DNA of 37,138 bases, from the NCBI GenBank assembly GCA_023334545.1, contig JAADVB010000191.1, positions 1 through 37,138 on the forward strand. Direction: 5' to 3'. This document shows positions 20,460 to 33,571 of this stretch, piece after piece. Source of the stretch: Salisapilia sapeloensis CBS 127946 (taxonomy: Eukaryota > Protista > Oomycota). A model generated the notes under the pieces. That model did not search any database, was not told where the DNA came from, and saw only the letters and a program-made list of their open reading frames with translations. The position numbers and the translations under genes were made by a program. How positions within the stretch are numbered: position 1 is the stretch's first letter; each line of letters opens with the position of its first letter.

Positions 20460-22168
20460 TCATACATGAAGGTCCATTTGATGCATCTGCCTCTCGATCG
20501 CTGCTCGTTTCTTGGCGTAACTACTCTTGAGCTCTGCTTTATCTTGTTTATATTGCCTTTCGAGTGCCTTTAGTTCTTCTTGGAGAGCACGTTGAGTTGT
20601 ATCGGCACGGTCTGCGACTCGAATGGTCGAAAACTTGGGTCCGTCATCCATTTCGCCATTGTCCTTTGCTTTCATGTACTTCATAAAGGAAGGCTCAGAG
20701 GACGTCGAGTCTTTCGTGTCTTTCGTGTCTTTCGTAGGATGGACTTGGACGACGGGATCAGTCGTCGGGATCATTGTGCCGTACAAGGCGCTCGAGTCTT
20801 TCAACCAAAAGTCGAACTCGCCATCGTCATTTACAGTGGCTGCATCCTCCGACGGGTGTGACCGGACGTCCGATACGACCATTGTGCCAAAGTTTCCACC
20901 CCAGTCTCCCGTTCCGTATCCATACTTGGAGCCTACAAGGTCTTCCTCTTTCTCTCGAGATGACGCAGGTCCTAGTGGCTCGGCAATATACTTCATCGTG
21001 GGCGTGTCGGAAACGATCATGCTCTTCATACTACGCTTGTGCATGGAATTATGTTTCTTCATACCCTTTTCAATTTCACTACTGTTCCGTCGGATCATCG
21101 TGTCGTCTCCAAATCCTTCTAAAGACAAACTGTTCATGTAGGATTCGTCCACGTGATTCTCAGCAACCGTTGGCTCTTGCCTTGCTTCCGCCACGAGCTC
21201 CAGGCTATGGTCGACCAACTCCTGTAACACTGGTAATCCAACTTCTTTTACTGATTCTCGACCGTTCATCCTCAAGTACATGCTGTCAATGTCTTTCCGA
21301 ACGAATGGATGGTTAGCTAGCTCCTGTGCACTCGACCTCTTGGCTACATCCTTCTCGAGGCATTGGGAAATGAAGCTGTCAAACTCTTTCGAGAACCTCC
21401 CCTTCTCTTTCAACGAAGGAGGTGGACGATTGGGAATCATAAAGATTGCTCGCATCGGATGAATGTTGGAGAGAGGTGGCTCGCCTTCTGCCATCTCAAT
21501 AGCAGTGATACCAAGCGACCAAATGTCTGCTTTTCCATCATATTGCGCCTCCTGAATCACTTCGGGTGCCATCCAGAACGGAGTTCCAATGACAGTCTTG
21601 CGTTTATTAATCGTATTCGTTAGTTGAGCAGAGACGCCAAAGTCTGCTAGCTTGGCCACTCCAGACGAGGACAGAAGGATGTTTCCAGCCTTGATATCAC
21701 GATGAATGTGACGATTCGAGTGCAAGTAGATGAGACCTTGTACGACATTCGCACAAATCGCAGCGATCTGAGTTTCAGATAGCGTCCGTTGTCGAAGTCC
21801 CATGATGTCTGCAATTGATCCAGCCGCACAATACTCCATGCTAATCCACAATTGCGACGGAGACAAGAAGCTTCCATAGTACTGGACAATATATGGCGAC
21901 CGACATTGCTCCAAGACACGTATCTCTTTCGTAAGTTCCTGCAGCTCTTTATCATTCGCCAACGAGCTCCCGTTCTCCACTGGTACAATCTTTAACGCCA
22001 CGACTTTGGCTGTTGGGCCATGCACTGCTTTATACACCTTTCCATAAGACCTACGAGATCATCTTAGTTACAAGTCTACTTTGGTGTATGTCGATCCTAC
22101 CCTTCGCCAAGTCGGTCCAAGAGCTCAAACGTCAGGTCCGGGTTCTCATCACGTGTAATACTCGTCAT
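20460..22168 (-). CDS. STK3: STE20-family Hippo/MST1/2-like Ser/Thr kinase with SARAH-like C-terminus (exons 22168-22101, 22050-20460)
   Basis: NPDLTFELLDRLGEGSYGKVYKA, HRDIKAGNILL, KLADFGVSAQL, RKTVIGTPFWMAPEVIQE, HPMRAIFMIPNRPPP. C-terminal helix LKALERQYKQDKAELKSSYAKKRAAIERQM. Confidence 0.85.
20709..20735. repeat. In-frame 9-bp tandem repeat (GTCTTTCGT x3) encoding TKD x3 in the kinase linker
   Basis: Read directly from the sequence. Confidence 0.9.
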
Positions 22169-22309
22169 CTTCTCTTTTCAAGAAACGGGATAACTACCCA
22201 CGTGATGAATGCCAAATATAAAGAAGATGAAACAAGAAACCGATTGATATCATTCGAATCAAGAAAAGCGTTTCAACTTGTTTCCAAAAGCATGTCGGCA
22301 TTTCGTTGC

Positions 22310-23704
22310 TTACATGGTTAAAAGCTCAGGAGATTCCATGTATGTCTTGAACGTCTGGAGGAATTGGCCAGCAACGACATCGTCTAGTACACGACGGTCG
22401 CAGCTGAGCGTCGAGCTCATCATGGTCACGACCTTGGGTTCGCCGACGATCTCCTCAACGTCTCCGTTCATCACGACTTCATAGTCATCCGGCGCCACGA
22501 GCTCCTTTCTACCACTACCAATAGCCAAAATGCAGCTATGCGGAGGGTTGACGACTGCCGTGAACTCGTCGATGCCCATGCCTCCGAGGTTGGAGATGGC
22601 AAAGACACCGCCCTGGTACTCTTCCGGCTTGAGCTTGTTCGATCGAGCTTTCTTCACCAGCTCACGGAACTTGGAGTTGATGCCAGACAGACCAAGGACG
22701 TCGACGCTAGGGACGATTGGCGTGATGAGGCCATTGTCCGTCGCGACAGCTACGGCAATGTCCATGGATTCGTTCGATTTAATCACCTGCTCTTTCAAGT
22801 CAAAGTGAGCGTGCGCTTCAGGAACGTCACGCAGCGCCAACGCCACTGCCTTTAGGATAAAGTCGTTGAGCGACACCTTAATACCATGCTTTTCCTTGAG
22901 CTGCTTTCGGAACGACATGATGCTGTCAATCTCACACTCGACGTTAAAGTAGTGATGCGGAACGTCCGTCTTGGACGCTGTCAGTCGCTTCGCGATCGTC
23001 TTGCGCATGTTCGAAAGCTTAATGTCTTCATACTCTTCCGTCGAGCTCATTTCTGGTGAGCTAGACTTGGATTCCGTGCTTGGCGCTGGCTTGGAGGTCG
23101 ATTCCGCCTTCGGTTCCGACTTGTTCGAGCCGTAGATGGCGCTGAAGAAGCCATTGGCAGGCGGATGGTCGAGCTGTTCCTTGGGGAGAAGACTGCGCTT
23201 GCCGAGGAAGTGGATCAAGGGCTTTCCATTCTCCTTGGAAGCCGTCGAGGCTGTCGATTGCGATGAAGCATCCGATTCCGATGCAGAGGTAGTGCTTTCA
23301 GAGTCACTGGAAGCAGAGGATTCACCAGTGAGATTAGCTAAAGCGCCACTTTCCTGAAGCTGTTTAAACGTGTCGAGATCGGCGACAGTGTACGCAAGCG
23401 TTTCGCCCACAGGAATGTCCGACGTGCCATCCGGCTTGAGGATCTTGGCCAAAACAATGTCGTCCTGCACTTCATAGTCCACGACAGCCTTGTCAGTTTC
23501 AACTTGGCAAAGGACATCGCCTGCATTGGCCTCTTCGCCCTCCTTCTTTAGCCATTGCGAAATCGTGCCGCTGTCCATCGTAGGTGACAGCGCAGGCATC
23601 GCCAGAGGTTCCACACCTTCCGGGAGGGATGCAAACGTGCGTGCCACCCGTGGACAGCGTTGTGAGAGCAGGAGGATGCGTCGAGATGCTCGGCTCAGCA
23701 ACAT
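22310..23704 (-). CDS. PDHX: Pyruvate dehydrogenase E3-binding protein / protein X-like (inactive E2 paralogue), mitochondrial
   Basis: Arg-rich presequence (MLLSRASRRILL...) and one lipoyl domain (MPALSPTM...VETDKA). The acyltransferase domain has SCDRRVLDD where active E2 has SCDHRVxDG. The ORF-track start 23731 is TTG; the first ATG is 23704. Confidence 0.75.
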   Translation of the reverse strand: MLLSRASRRILLLSQRCPRVARTFASLPEGVEPLAMPALSPTMDSGTISQWLKKEGEEANAGDVLCQVETDKAVVDYEVQDDIVLAKILKPDGTSDIPVGETLAYTVADLDTFKQLQESGALANLTGESSASSDSESTTSASESDASSQSTASTASKENGKPLIHFLGKRSLLPKEQLDHPPANGFFSAIYGSNKSEPKAESTSKPAPSTESKSSSPEMSSTEEYEDIKLSNMRKTIAKRLTASKTDVPHHYFNVECEIDSIMSFRKQLKEKHGIKVSLNDFILKAVALALRDVPEAHAHFDLKEQVIKSNESMDIAVAVATDNGLITPIVPSVDVLGLSGINSKFRELVKKARSNKLKPEEYQGGVFAISNLGGMGIDEFTAVVNPPHSCILAIGSGRKELVAPDDYEVVMNGDVEEIVGEPKVVTMMSSTLSCDRRVLDDVVAGQFLQTFKTYMESPELLTM

Positions 23705-23914
23705 GATTAGAGAGGAATTGAGCGGCCCCAAGCAGAAGCAGTTGGTGGATGTCTTCTGTGGCCGTCAAGAGTCTCACTATTTCATGTGTTCTTCTCTTTA
23801 TAAATGTATTTCTGGAAGTGTGTTTTATAAGGGACAAAGACTAATTCTACGATATTCGTAAAATAGACGCGTTTCCGGATGAGTTGGAGCAACGTTTCGA
23901 TGATAGAATGCATT

Positions 23915-25654
23915 TTATTCGTCTTCTTCCTCGTCTTCCGTCTCTACGATGTGGATCTTGGCGCTATGCCATGCGTTATTCAGAATGCCGCGCATGTTCC
24001 AGATCGGTGCGATTGTATCCGGCTGGACGTTATAGCTTGCATCCACCGCTTTGCATCGGATATCCAAATCACGAATGTTTCGGTCAACGCTGATGACAGC
24101 AGTCCATGGTGTCCATGCCCATGCACGATGATACCTCTGCTGCTTACCCTGCTCACTTAACTCTGCACACGTCCATGTCTGTCCACCGTCGACACTCACA
24201 TCGACACGGATGATATTTCTACCCCCTCCGCTCCACGCGTAGCCTTCGACCTCGACGTCGTACGTTTCCTCCTCGTTGCTCAACTTGTCAATATGCACCA
24301 CAGATCCATTCTTGGGTGTCGTAATAGCACTTTGGACTGGCAATTCTTGGATCGAGTCGCCAGCAAACTTCCAATAGTCCTCTCGACTGTAGTCGACATT
24401 CGGTGGGAAGCCTCGATAATCTTTCTGCTGCCAAAAGCTCTGACTCTCTTCCTTTGCCAAGATAATCTTGTCCAAGAATTTGACATTCCGAGCGCCTACA
24501 GTGCCTGGCACAATCACTCGTAAGGGATATCCATGGTCTCTGGGGATGGGTTCCCCATTCATGCTAAAAGCCAAGAGCACTTCTTTCCGAGGATCCAACG
24601 CCGTCTCGAGTGGGATGGAAGCTCCATACGGATTACCTTCGGCATCTCTATCCAGACCTTCGAACTGGACATGCTTTGGTTCAGACATAAGAGACTCGTT
24701 TTCATCATCAGACACGCCGAGGTATCTTAGCACATCGGACAAGTAGACTCCCTTCCACTCTGCGGTGGATAAAGCTGTTGTATCCCAGCTGAGACCATTC
24801 ACTTGCTTGACACCAGCCATCTCGGCACGCCGGTTACCGGCACATTGAATAGTCGTGGTCACTGTCCTGTGTTTAAATTTCGTCTTAAGGTCTGCAATAG
24901 AGAGAGTTGTTGTGGTGTTCGCATCGATTTCTACCACCACTTCACATGCGTCGTGCTCTGTCTCGACTTTTGGCACCGGTAGATGGTTACGAACGAAAAA
25001 GAGATCGTTTGGCGTCACAAACGTCTGCATCAGTAGCTCTGGAGGAGGTTCAGCGTTGAAAGGCGCGTCGGAATTTACTTTGAGAGCGGGATGGCGGTCG
25101 CTCGGGTCGTTCGAGTAAGGTCCGTCGCCGTATCGCTGACGCTTTAGGCATTCTAACATGGCAACGTCTTCTTCTCTCAAGTTACCAATACGCAAGGATT
25201 CGAGGATCTGATAGACGTCAGCGTGGTGATGCGCCGCGTAGAGCTGCCAAAATGGTTCGATGGACTTGCCCGCGGCCAAGAGGATTTTCGTGCCGCCAGG
25301 GTGCGCTTTAATGAAATCAGTGATGTCGTACACGCCGTTCTTGTAGACGACCCACGTAGACGTGTTGTACGCACCAGTATGCTTCTCGACGGTGGCAAAA
25401 TCATAGGTCGGGAGATCTGTTCGAAATGCACCTGGAGAAACCTCTTCTTCGTCCTGCACTGCTTCATTCAGTGCAGGCAAAAGAGGCAAAGAAAGTAGAG
25501 CACTGGCTAGTAGCGGGATGCGCCAGTTGAAAGTAGAACCGTTGGCATGATCGCCGTTGTATGCAGTCGTGAATGCTACAGACAGAGACGGCAGATGCCG
25601 ATGCGTGGCACGAGCCAAGAAACGACGCGATTGACAGGTGATTACTCTCCGCAT
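23915..25654 (-). CDS. SUOX: Sulfite oxidase, mitochondrial (cytochrome b5 + Moco + dimerisation domains; intronless)
   Basis: b5 domain (WVVYKNGVYDITDFIKAHPGG), FFVRNHLPVP, TIQCAGNRR (Moco Cys), DHGYPLRVIVPGTVGARNVK and GYAWSGGGRNIIRVDVS. ORF-track start 25666 is TTG; first ATG 25654 gives the presequence MRRVITCQSRRFLAR. Confidence 0.95.
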   Translation of the reverse strand: MRRVITCQSRRFLARATHRHLPSLSVAFTTAYNGDHANGSTFNWRIPLLASALLSLPLLPALNEAVQDEEEVSPGAFRTDLPTYDFATVEKHTGAYNTSTWVVYKNGVYDITDFIKAHPGGTKILLAAGKSIEPFWQLYAAHHHADVYQILESLRIGNLREEDVAMLECLKRQRYGDGPYSNDPSDRHPALKVNSDAPFNAEPPPELLMQTFVTPNDLFFVRNHLPVPKVETEHDACEVVVEIDANTTTTLSIADLKTKFKHRTVTTTIQCAGNRRAEMAGVKQVNGLSWDTTALSTAEWKGVYLSDVLRYLGVSDDENESLMSEPKHVQFEGLDRDAEGNPYGASIPLETALDPRKEVLLAFSMNGEPIPRDHGYPLRVIVPGTVGARNVKFLDKIILAKEESQSFWQQKDYRGFPPNVDYSREDYWKFAGDSIQELPVQSAITTPKNGSVVHIDKLSNEEETYDVEVEGYAWSGGGRNIIRVDVSVDGGQTWTCAELSEQGKQQRYHRAWAWTPWTAVISVDRNIRDLDIRCKAVDASYNVQPDTIAPIWNMRGILNNAWHSAKIHIVETEDEEEDE

Positions 25655-25980
25655 CAATTCTTCCAATCACGTGTGGAAAGATGGCTGACGTGGTAGGATG
25701 TATAAACACAGCACAGAGCAGTTGAAGACAATCAAGGTGCGCTAAGCTTTGAGGATGGTACTGATGCCCTCTTTCTCTAGCTCTGTCACGGCCTTATCTG
25801 TCTTCCTGTCAGAATCTCTTTTTATTGCCTACGCTACATACAACATCTAAGCCATGAATTGATAGCGCTAATAAAGTTGATCAACCTGCTAAGCACACAT
25901 CCTTCTGTTACTGCTATTCATTTGGCTAGACTTGGTTGCATAGGGTAATTGATAAATGCACATCTAGCTTTGAAACCAAT

Positions 25981-25988
25981 TTTGGCGG
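25981..25988 (+). promoter_or_regulatory. E2F-type site TTTGGCGG upstream of MCM3
   Basis: Matches TTTSSCGS, 37 nt before ATG 26026. Confidence 0.45.
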
Positions 25989-26025
25989 GATCGACAGGAA
26001 ATTCAAAACAAGTCGAAAGGAGAGG

Positions 26026-28545
<2,520 letters not shown>

Positions 28546-28589
28546 GACATGCATTGGATCTAGAAAGAAAAGAGATTGGTTTTTGGTTT

Positions 28590-29029
28590 TTAATCGAAAA
28601 GAGGCTTGAACTTGGTGTGCGCGAGATGCACGAGCTGGTTGTAATTGTCCATGTCAAAGTTGTCGCTAAAGTGCGTCACCTTCATCTGCTCCAGCGTTTG
28701 GCCATCCACAGCTCGGCCAATCACTTCCACTATTTTGCTGTTTATATGCCATTAGACGGGATTTGAGGGATTTTCTAGCTTAGGAATTTGCCTGCTGTAG
28801 TCGCTGCCGGCAATGGGCTTTACATGCACGACGCCACCGTCCTAGGATGCTTCGATGTCAACTTTACTGACGAAATGGATGACAAGAATGGACGTACCGA
28901 TGCGCGGAGCACGACTGCAGTCGGCATTTGACTCTCAACCGTGCCTACGAGAGACACGGTACGACCGATGTAGTTTGCGAGCGACGCGCCATTCACACGG
29001 GGCGCGGTTCCAGCGTCTCCCAAGTCCAT
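28590..29029 (-). CDS. RPA3: Replication protein A 14 kDa subunit (3 exons; second intron GC-AG)
   Basis: Spliced product MDLGDAGTAPRVNGASLANYIGRTVSLVGTV...DGGVVHV...SKIVEVIGRAVDGQTLEQMKVTHFSDNFDMDNYNQLVHLAHTKFKPLFD*. Confidence 0.92.
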
Positions 29030-29048
29030 TCTTATTGAGATGAAAAGC

Positions 29049-29090
29049 CCGCGAAAATGGAAAATTTGTTGCGGGGATTATAGCCAATCA
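29049..29090 (-). promoter_or_regulatory. RPA3 proximal promoter: E2F-type TTTCGCGG (29049-29056) and CCAAT box TGATTGGCT (29082-29090)
   Basis: Both motifs read on the RPA3 sense strand within 61 nt of the ATG. Confidence 0.45.
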
Positions 29091-29136
29091 TTAGAGTTAA
29101 AAGCAAAATTGGAATGATTCGATTCGATTTCAAAGG

Positions 29137-31076
29137 CTACTTCTTGCAACATGGACAAATGGGAAATTTGCCGTTTTTCCCTGGTAGGCCAGACATCTTC
29201 GCCATCTCCTCTTGCGTTGAAGAGAGCGTACGGTCAAAAGTACACTTGCCACCAACGTACACTTGCTTTACGATGTCGTGGTCCAGCATTCGCACATGGG
29301 TATCCAGAATGTCTCGCTGCAACACAATGAAATCCGCCAGGAAACCTTCGTGCAACCTACCCAAGCTGTCTTCGCGTTTCACGGCGTAGGCACCGCTCTG
29401 CGTGTAGATTTCCAGTGCTTCATCGAGAGTGAGCTTTTCTTCAGGGTGCAAGACCTCTGTCTCGTTATCAAATGGAGCTGTACGGTAGATGGCATCATAA
29501 ATGCCTTGGAACGGATTACACGTTTCCACTGGGGCATCACTACCGCCAGCACAGACAATGCCGAATTGATCCTTCATAGTTTTCCATCGATAGGAGCTCT
29601 TGAGCAGCTTCGGGTTCAAACGTTTCCGAGCAAACGAAGTATCGGTTACCACAAAAGAGGGTTGGATATTGGCAATGACGCTTCGTGCATGCATTTGCTG
29701 CAGCTGGTCATCCCCCAGAATTTGGCAATGAGTCAAGATTGGACGGTCTGAGGCTGGTATCTCTGCTTTGTCAAGTGCATTCAACACTTGTGCAGCAGCT
29801 CGATCACCTACAGTCGAATGAGTGGTACGATAGCGGTACCCTACAGAAACCTCGTACCGATGGCGTGAATTTCCAGTCGGTAGCCCAGAGTCTTGACTTT
29901 CTGAACTCTGGAAAACATCTCTTCATCTGAGTACATGAGAATGCCCTTGTTATCACTGTCCTTGTATGGCTCTCCAAGTGCAGCCGTTTCCTACAACTGG
30001 ATCAGCGTTGGTACATTACCGCATGCAAAGGACTTACAGCTCCGAGACTTCCGTCCGAGAAAATTTTAATACGGTCACAAGATATAAGGTTGTCCACAGT
30101 ATTGGCCGCTGGAGTCTCAGGATGGTCCAACTCGTCATATGGGACTGTTAAAAACACACGTAGAGGTAGTTGATCTGCTTTTTGGAGCTGCTGGTACAAC
30201 TTCCACGCATGCTCATCATTCGTCTGGATCGCTACAAAATATGTGAGGAGAGACCATGAGTATATAATGTGTAGTTCTTACTCGTAAGTCCAGACGATAC
30301 GCAGCGATAAAGCGATTCTCGTAAATAGCCAAGTCGGACATCTATACAAGTTATATTGGTCACTTCATATCATGTGCGAGCATGTTGACACTTGTACGAA
30401 CCTTGTGGCTCATTCTCATTTCGAGCGAGGAGGTTGACGGCCTGGATGCGGTCCATTAAATACACTATTTTACTACAGTGTGAAGAAGATAGATTACCGC
30501 TTCTCGAAGGATACCAGTGGGTTTTCCGTCCGTACCAAAGTCGATGTTTCCACCTTCCATCTTCCTCGCACTGGTTTCGTCAATGCCTGATACTTCCAAT
30601 GCCTTGCTATTGACCACAGCAATGTGCCAGCAAACTCGATGCAAGATAACAGGTACGTCTGAGATAACTTCATCGAGCATCCAGCGATCAGGATATGCTC
30701 CTTGGGTGCTCATTTTGTCCTGTTCCCATCCAAAACCGATGATTTGCTTCGGATGATGTCCATTCTCCTCTTTCTTCTTTTTGATATGATTCTGCAATCG
30801 GTCTTGGAGCTCTTTAAATGAGCTGCATCCAGTCAAATCGACGTAGTGAGCTGTTTCTCCTTGATAGTAAGCGTGTATGTGAGAGTCCATAAGACCAGGA
30901 ATCACCACTTTCGACTCCAAATCCACTGTCTCCTTAGCTTCCTTTAGCACATCCTTCGGAACTGGGTTTGTTCCAATCTGGATAATACTTCCAGAAGATT
31001 TAGATACAGCCATCCAATGTTGGATTGGACAGTTAGGCTGGTAGATACGAGCATTGATAAAGAGCTTCATGGTCAT
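29137..31076 (-). CDS. Amidohydrolase 3 family metal-dependent hydrolase (YtcJ/LAF3-like; 6 exons)
   Basis: VIPGLMDSHIH, LHRVCWHIAVVNSKAL, GKPTGILRE, IKIFSDGSLGA, LEIHAIGDRA, THCQIL and GGSDAPVE motifs, joined in frame through five GT-AG introns. Confidence 0.9.
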
Positions 31077-31190
31077 CAAATTCTATTTGACGTAGGTTTG
31101 CTTAGAATTAATAGCAACATACCTATTATATGCATTTTTACAAAGGAAGAGGGTTTTAAATAGAGACGGACACGAAACGCGCAACGAATA

Positions 31191-32839
31191 ATGCAAATGG
31201 GATCAGAGCGTCCTACCGGATCGTCTAGACACGGTGGCACATACAAGAGACTTCGATGTGTACTTCTCGATAGCGGAAGGACTATACTTTCCTTTCGGAA
31301 ACATGAGTATGATATGTACACGTTGATTCTTGAGCCAAATGCGCAGTCATATGCATATTTGACACCCAATGGGGCGATGACTCGCCACTTGACGCTTACT
31401 GCACTATCGTCCCACCTTGATGCACTGAAAGACGCTCTTTACGTCCGCAATCGATTTTCCTTTTGTGCTAGCATCTTACCGTATATCCACAAGTCGCTGC
31501 ATGGTAGCGACAAGCCTGTTCGAACGCAATCTAAGCGCCGTATGGAGCTCCACACGCGTTGGCCACGCCCCATCGGCGGCGGTTTTCAAACACAATCTTT
31601 TGTACTTGACGAAAGTAGTGGTATATTACAAATAGAGTCTTGTGATGGGAAGGCGTGGGTAAAGATGTATCACCATGGTCGACTCGTAGAAGTGGCTTAT
31701 CGTATCCCAGTGTGTTCGTCTTCAAACGAACATTCTACCTACACAACCATAACTCAAGTCTTCTCAACAAAATCTTACCCTCCATGCTTTCATTATCCAG
31801 TCATGCTACTCCAAGCATGCTTACAAGCGTATCAAGCAGAAATCGCTACAGTAGACCTACCAGAAGACCTGCGGAACGTATCTCGCGTTACTGAGCTACC
31901 GTCCAACGCAGCCATGAAACCAACTAACCACACATTTATCCATTTACAAGAGTCCAGTGGCAACGGATTGAATAAAGCAGACGCCCTGCGTGTTGGCCAA
32001 TTACCATCCAAACGCTTCTACCAGAACGTCCTTGTCGAAGTTACAGACAAGGTGGAGATTTTAAAACTACATAACGGCACGTCTGCTCTCATATACATCC
32101 GACCGATTCAGAAGGAAGGTGCTTTACTAGAGTACAGGCCTCCCTACTTTAAGCTATTTCAAACGCATGCGCAGCCATGCCAACAGTTCACAAAGGAGAC
32201 GATCCCTGCCACTCATTACCTCGAGTCCTCCACAAACAGGTATGACATTAATAAAGATAGCAAGGAGTATAATGCTAATTGGATACATGTAGTCTACATG
32301 CTCTATGCCAGCATGCGATCTATATGTCCCACTCTTACGAACAAAAGGAGGAAATGGAAATGGAAGAGTACAAATCTCCTTCACAAATCGTCCAAGTGAT
32401 GGAGACATCGGACAGTACCTTTCGCCTCTTTGCAGACGACTCTGTACGAGTCCTTTTTAAAGATCGAACGATCGTGTATCTCGATCCGAAACTCCACGTC
32501 TGCTCCCTGACATTACCCAGTGGCGAAAAGAAAGAGACGACTGTTACGTCTTGTACGAACGCAGAGTACGATCACTACATTCGCCCAAGTGTCGAGTTTG
32601 GCGAATGGGCAAAGATGACAGAAGAGGAACGAGTGAACAAGTATGAAGAGACGGAACGCCGGAGGGATCAAGTGGAACGAGAACTCCTTCGACTACGAGT
32701 GAGCGAGGGCCTACATCGTCATCCACCAGAGACAAGTCCGAGCGTCGTATCAGACGACAGTGAGCTCAGTATGGATCGCGTATATGAATTACAGCAAGAG
32801 ACGACGAGGCATCTGGAACAGGTCCAGACGCTGCTCTAG
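31191..32839 (+). CDS. C5orf34-like protein (DUF4524 N-terminal / DUF4520 C-terminal polo-box-like folds; intron 32240-32292)
   Basis: N-terminus LRCVLLDSGRTIL...LILEPNAQSY...ALYVRNRF resembles DUF4524. C-terminus FRLFADDSVRVLFKDRTIVYL...CSLTLPSG...YDHYI...EW resembles DUF4520. A GT-AG intron joins the two overlapping track ORFs. Confidence 0.6.
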
Positions 32840-32897
32840 GGTCTAACAAGTGGTACATTCGAGGTACGCTTTAGAAAAACAAAGGTTTCTGCTCGAT

Positions 32898-33571
32898 TTA
32901 CTTTCTCTTGCGCAAAGCCTCCTCGCTTTCTGCCGGTGGTGCAGCAGCCGACTGAGGAGCATCTTCTGATGCATTTGGATTCTGGCGGCTCTGCATCTGC
33001 TGTTGCGCTGCTTTTCTCTGTGCCTGCATCTGTTGCTCTGCCATTCGGCTCATGAACTGAACAGCTTGTGGGAAAATCTTGTCCGGCCAGCCTTCACCAG
33101 GTTTTAGCTCCTCTGCTTCTCTACGGACGTCTGCCACTTCTTTATTAATCATTTCCTACATTATTGTATGGTCTTGTTAGCATCATTTATACTATTTTCG
33201 TTCAAAAAGAAATGTACCTCTGCCATCTTGAAGCTCATGAACGATCCGTCTTTCAGAATGTCATTGCGCTTGAGACGCTGGATGCCTTGGCTTTCGCTCT
33301 GGATTTTACGAATGAGTGGAATATCCGCGACGGCACGGCGGAAGAGCATGTTAAAGCACTTTTCCGTGTCCTCTGGGCTCTCCTCTTTGATCTTGCGATA
33401 CGCCGCGACTTCGTCGGGCAGGCGGAAGTCGAAGCCGTTGATCATGGCGTCGAGAGACGCGTCGGAGGCGTCTCTGCCCTTCGGGTACCATACACGGACG
33501 GCCATTCCTAGCAGCAATAAGCTGAGGAGCGTGATAATGCCTGTAACGACCTGTAGCTCGGACATTGCCAT
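32898..33571 (-). CDS. SEC66: Sec66/Sec71-like preprotein translocase subunit (2 exons)
   Basis: N-terminal TM anchor, then MLFRRAVADIPLIRKIQ...FKMAE|EMINKEVADVRREAEELKPGEGWPDKIFPQA, matching the Sec66 pattern L..RA..DI..+...AE.....E..+V..EA..+.PG.W...IF..A. Confidence 0.75.
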
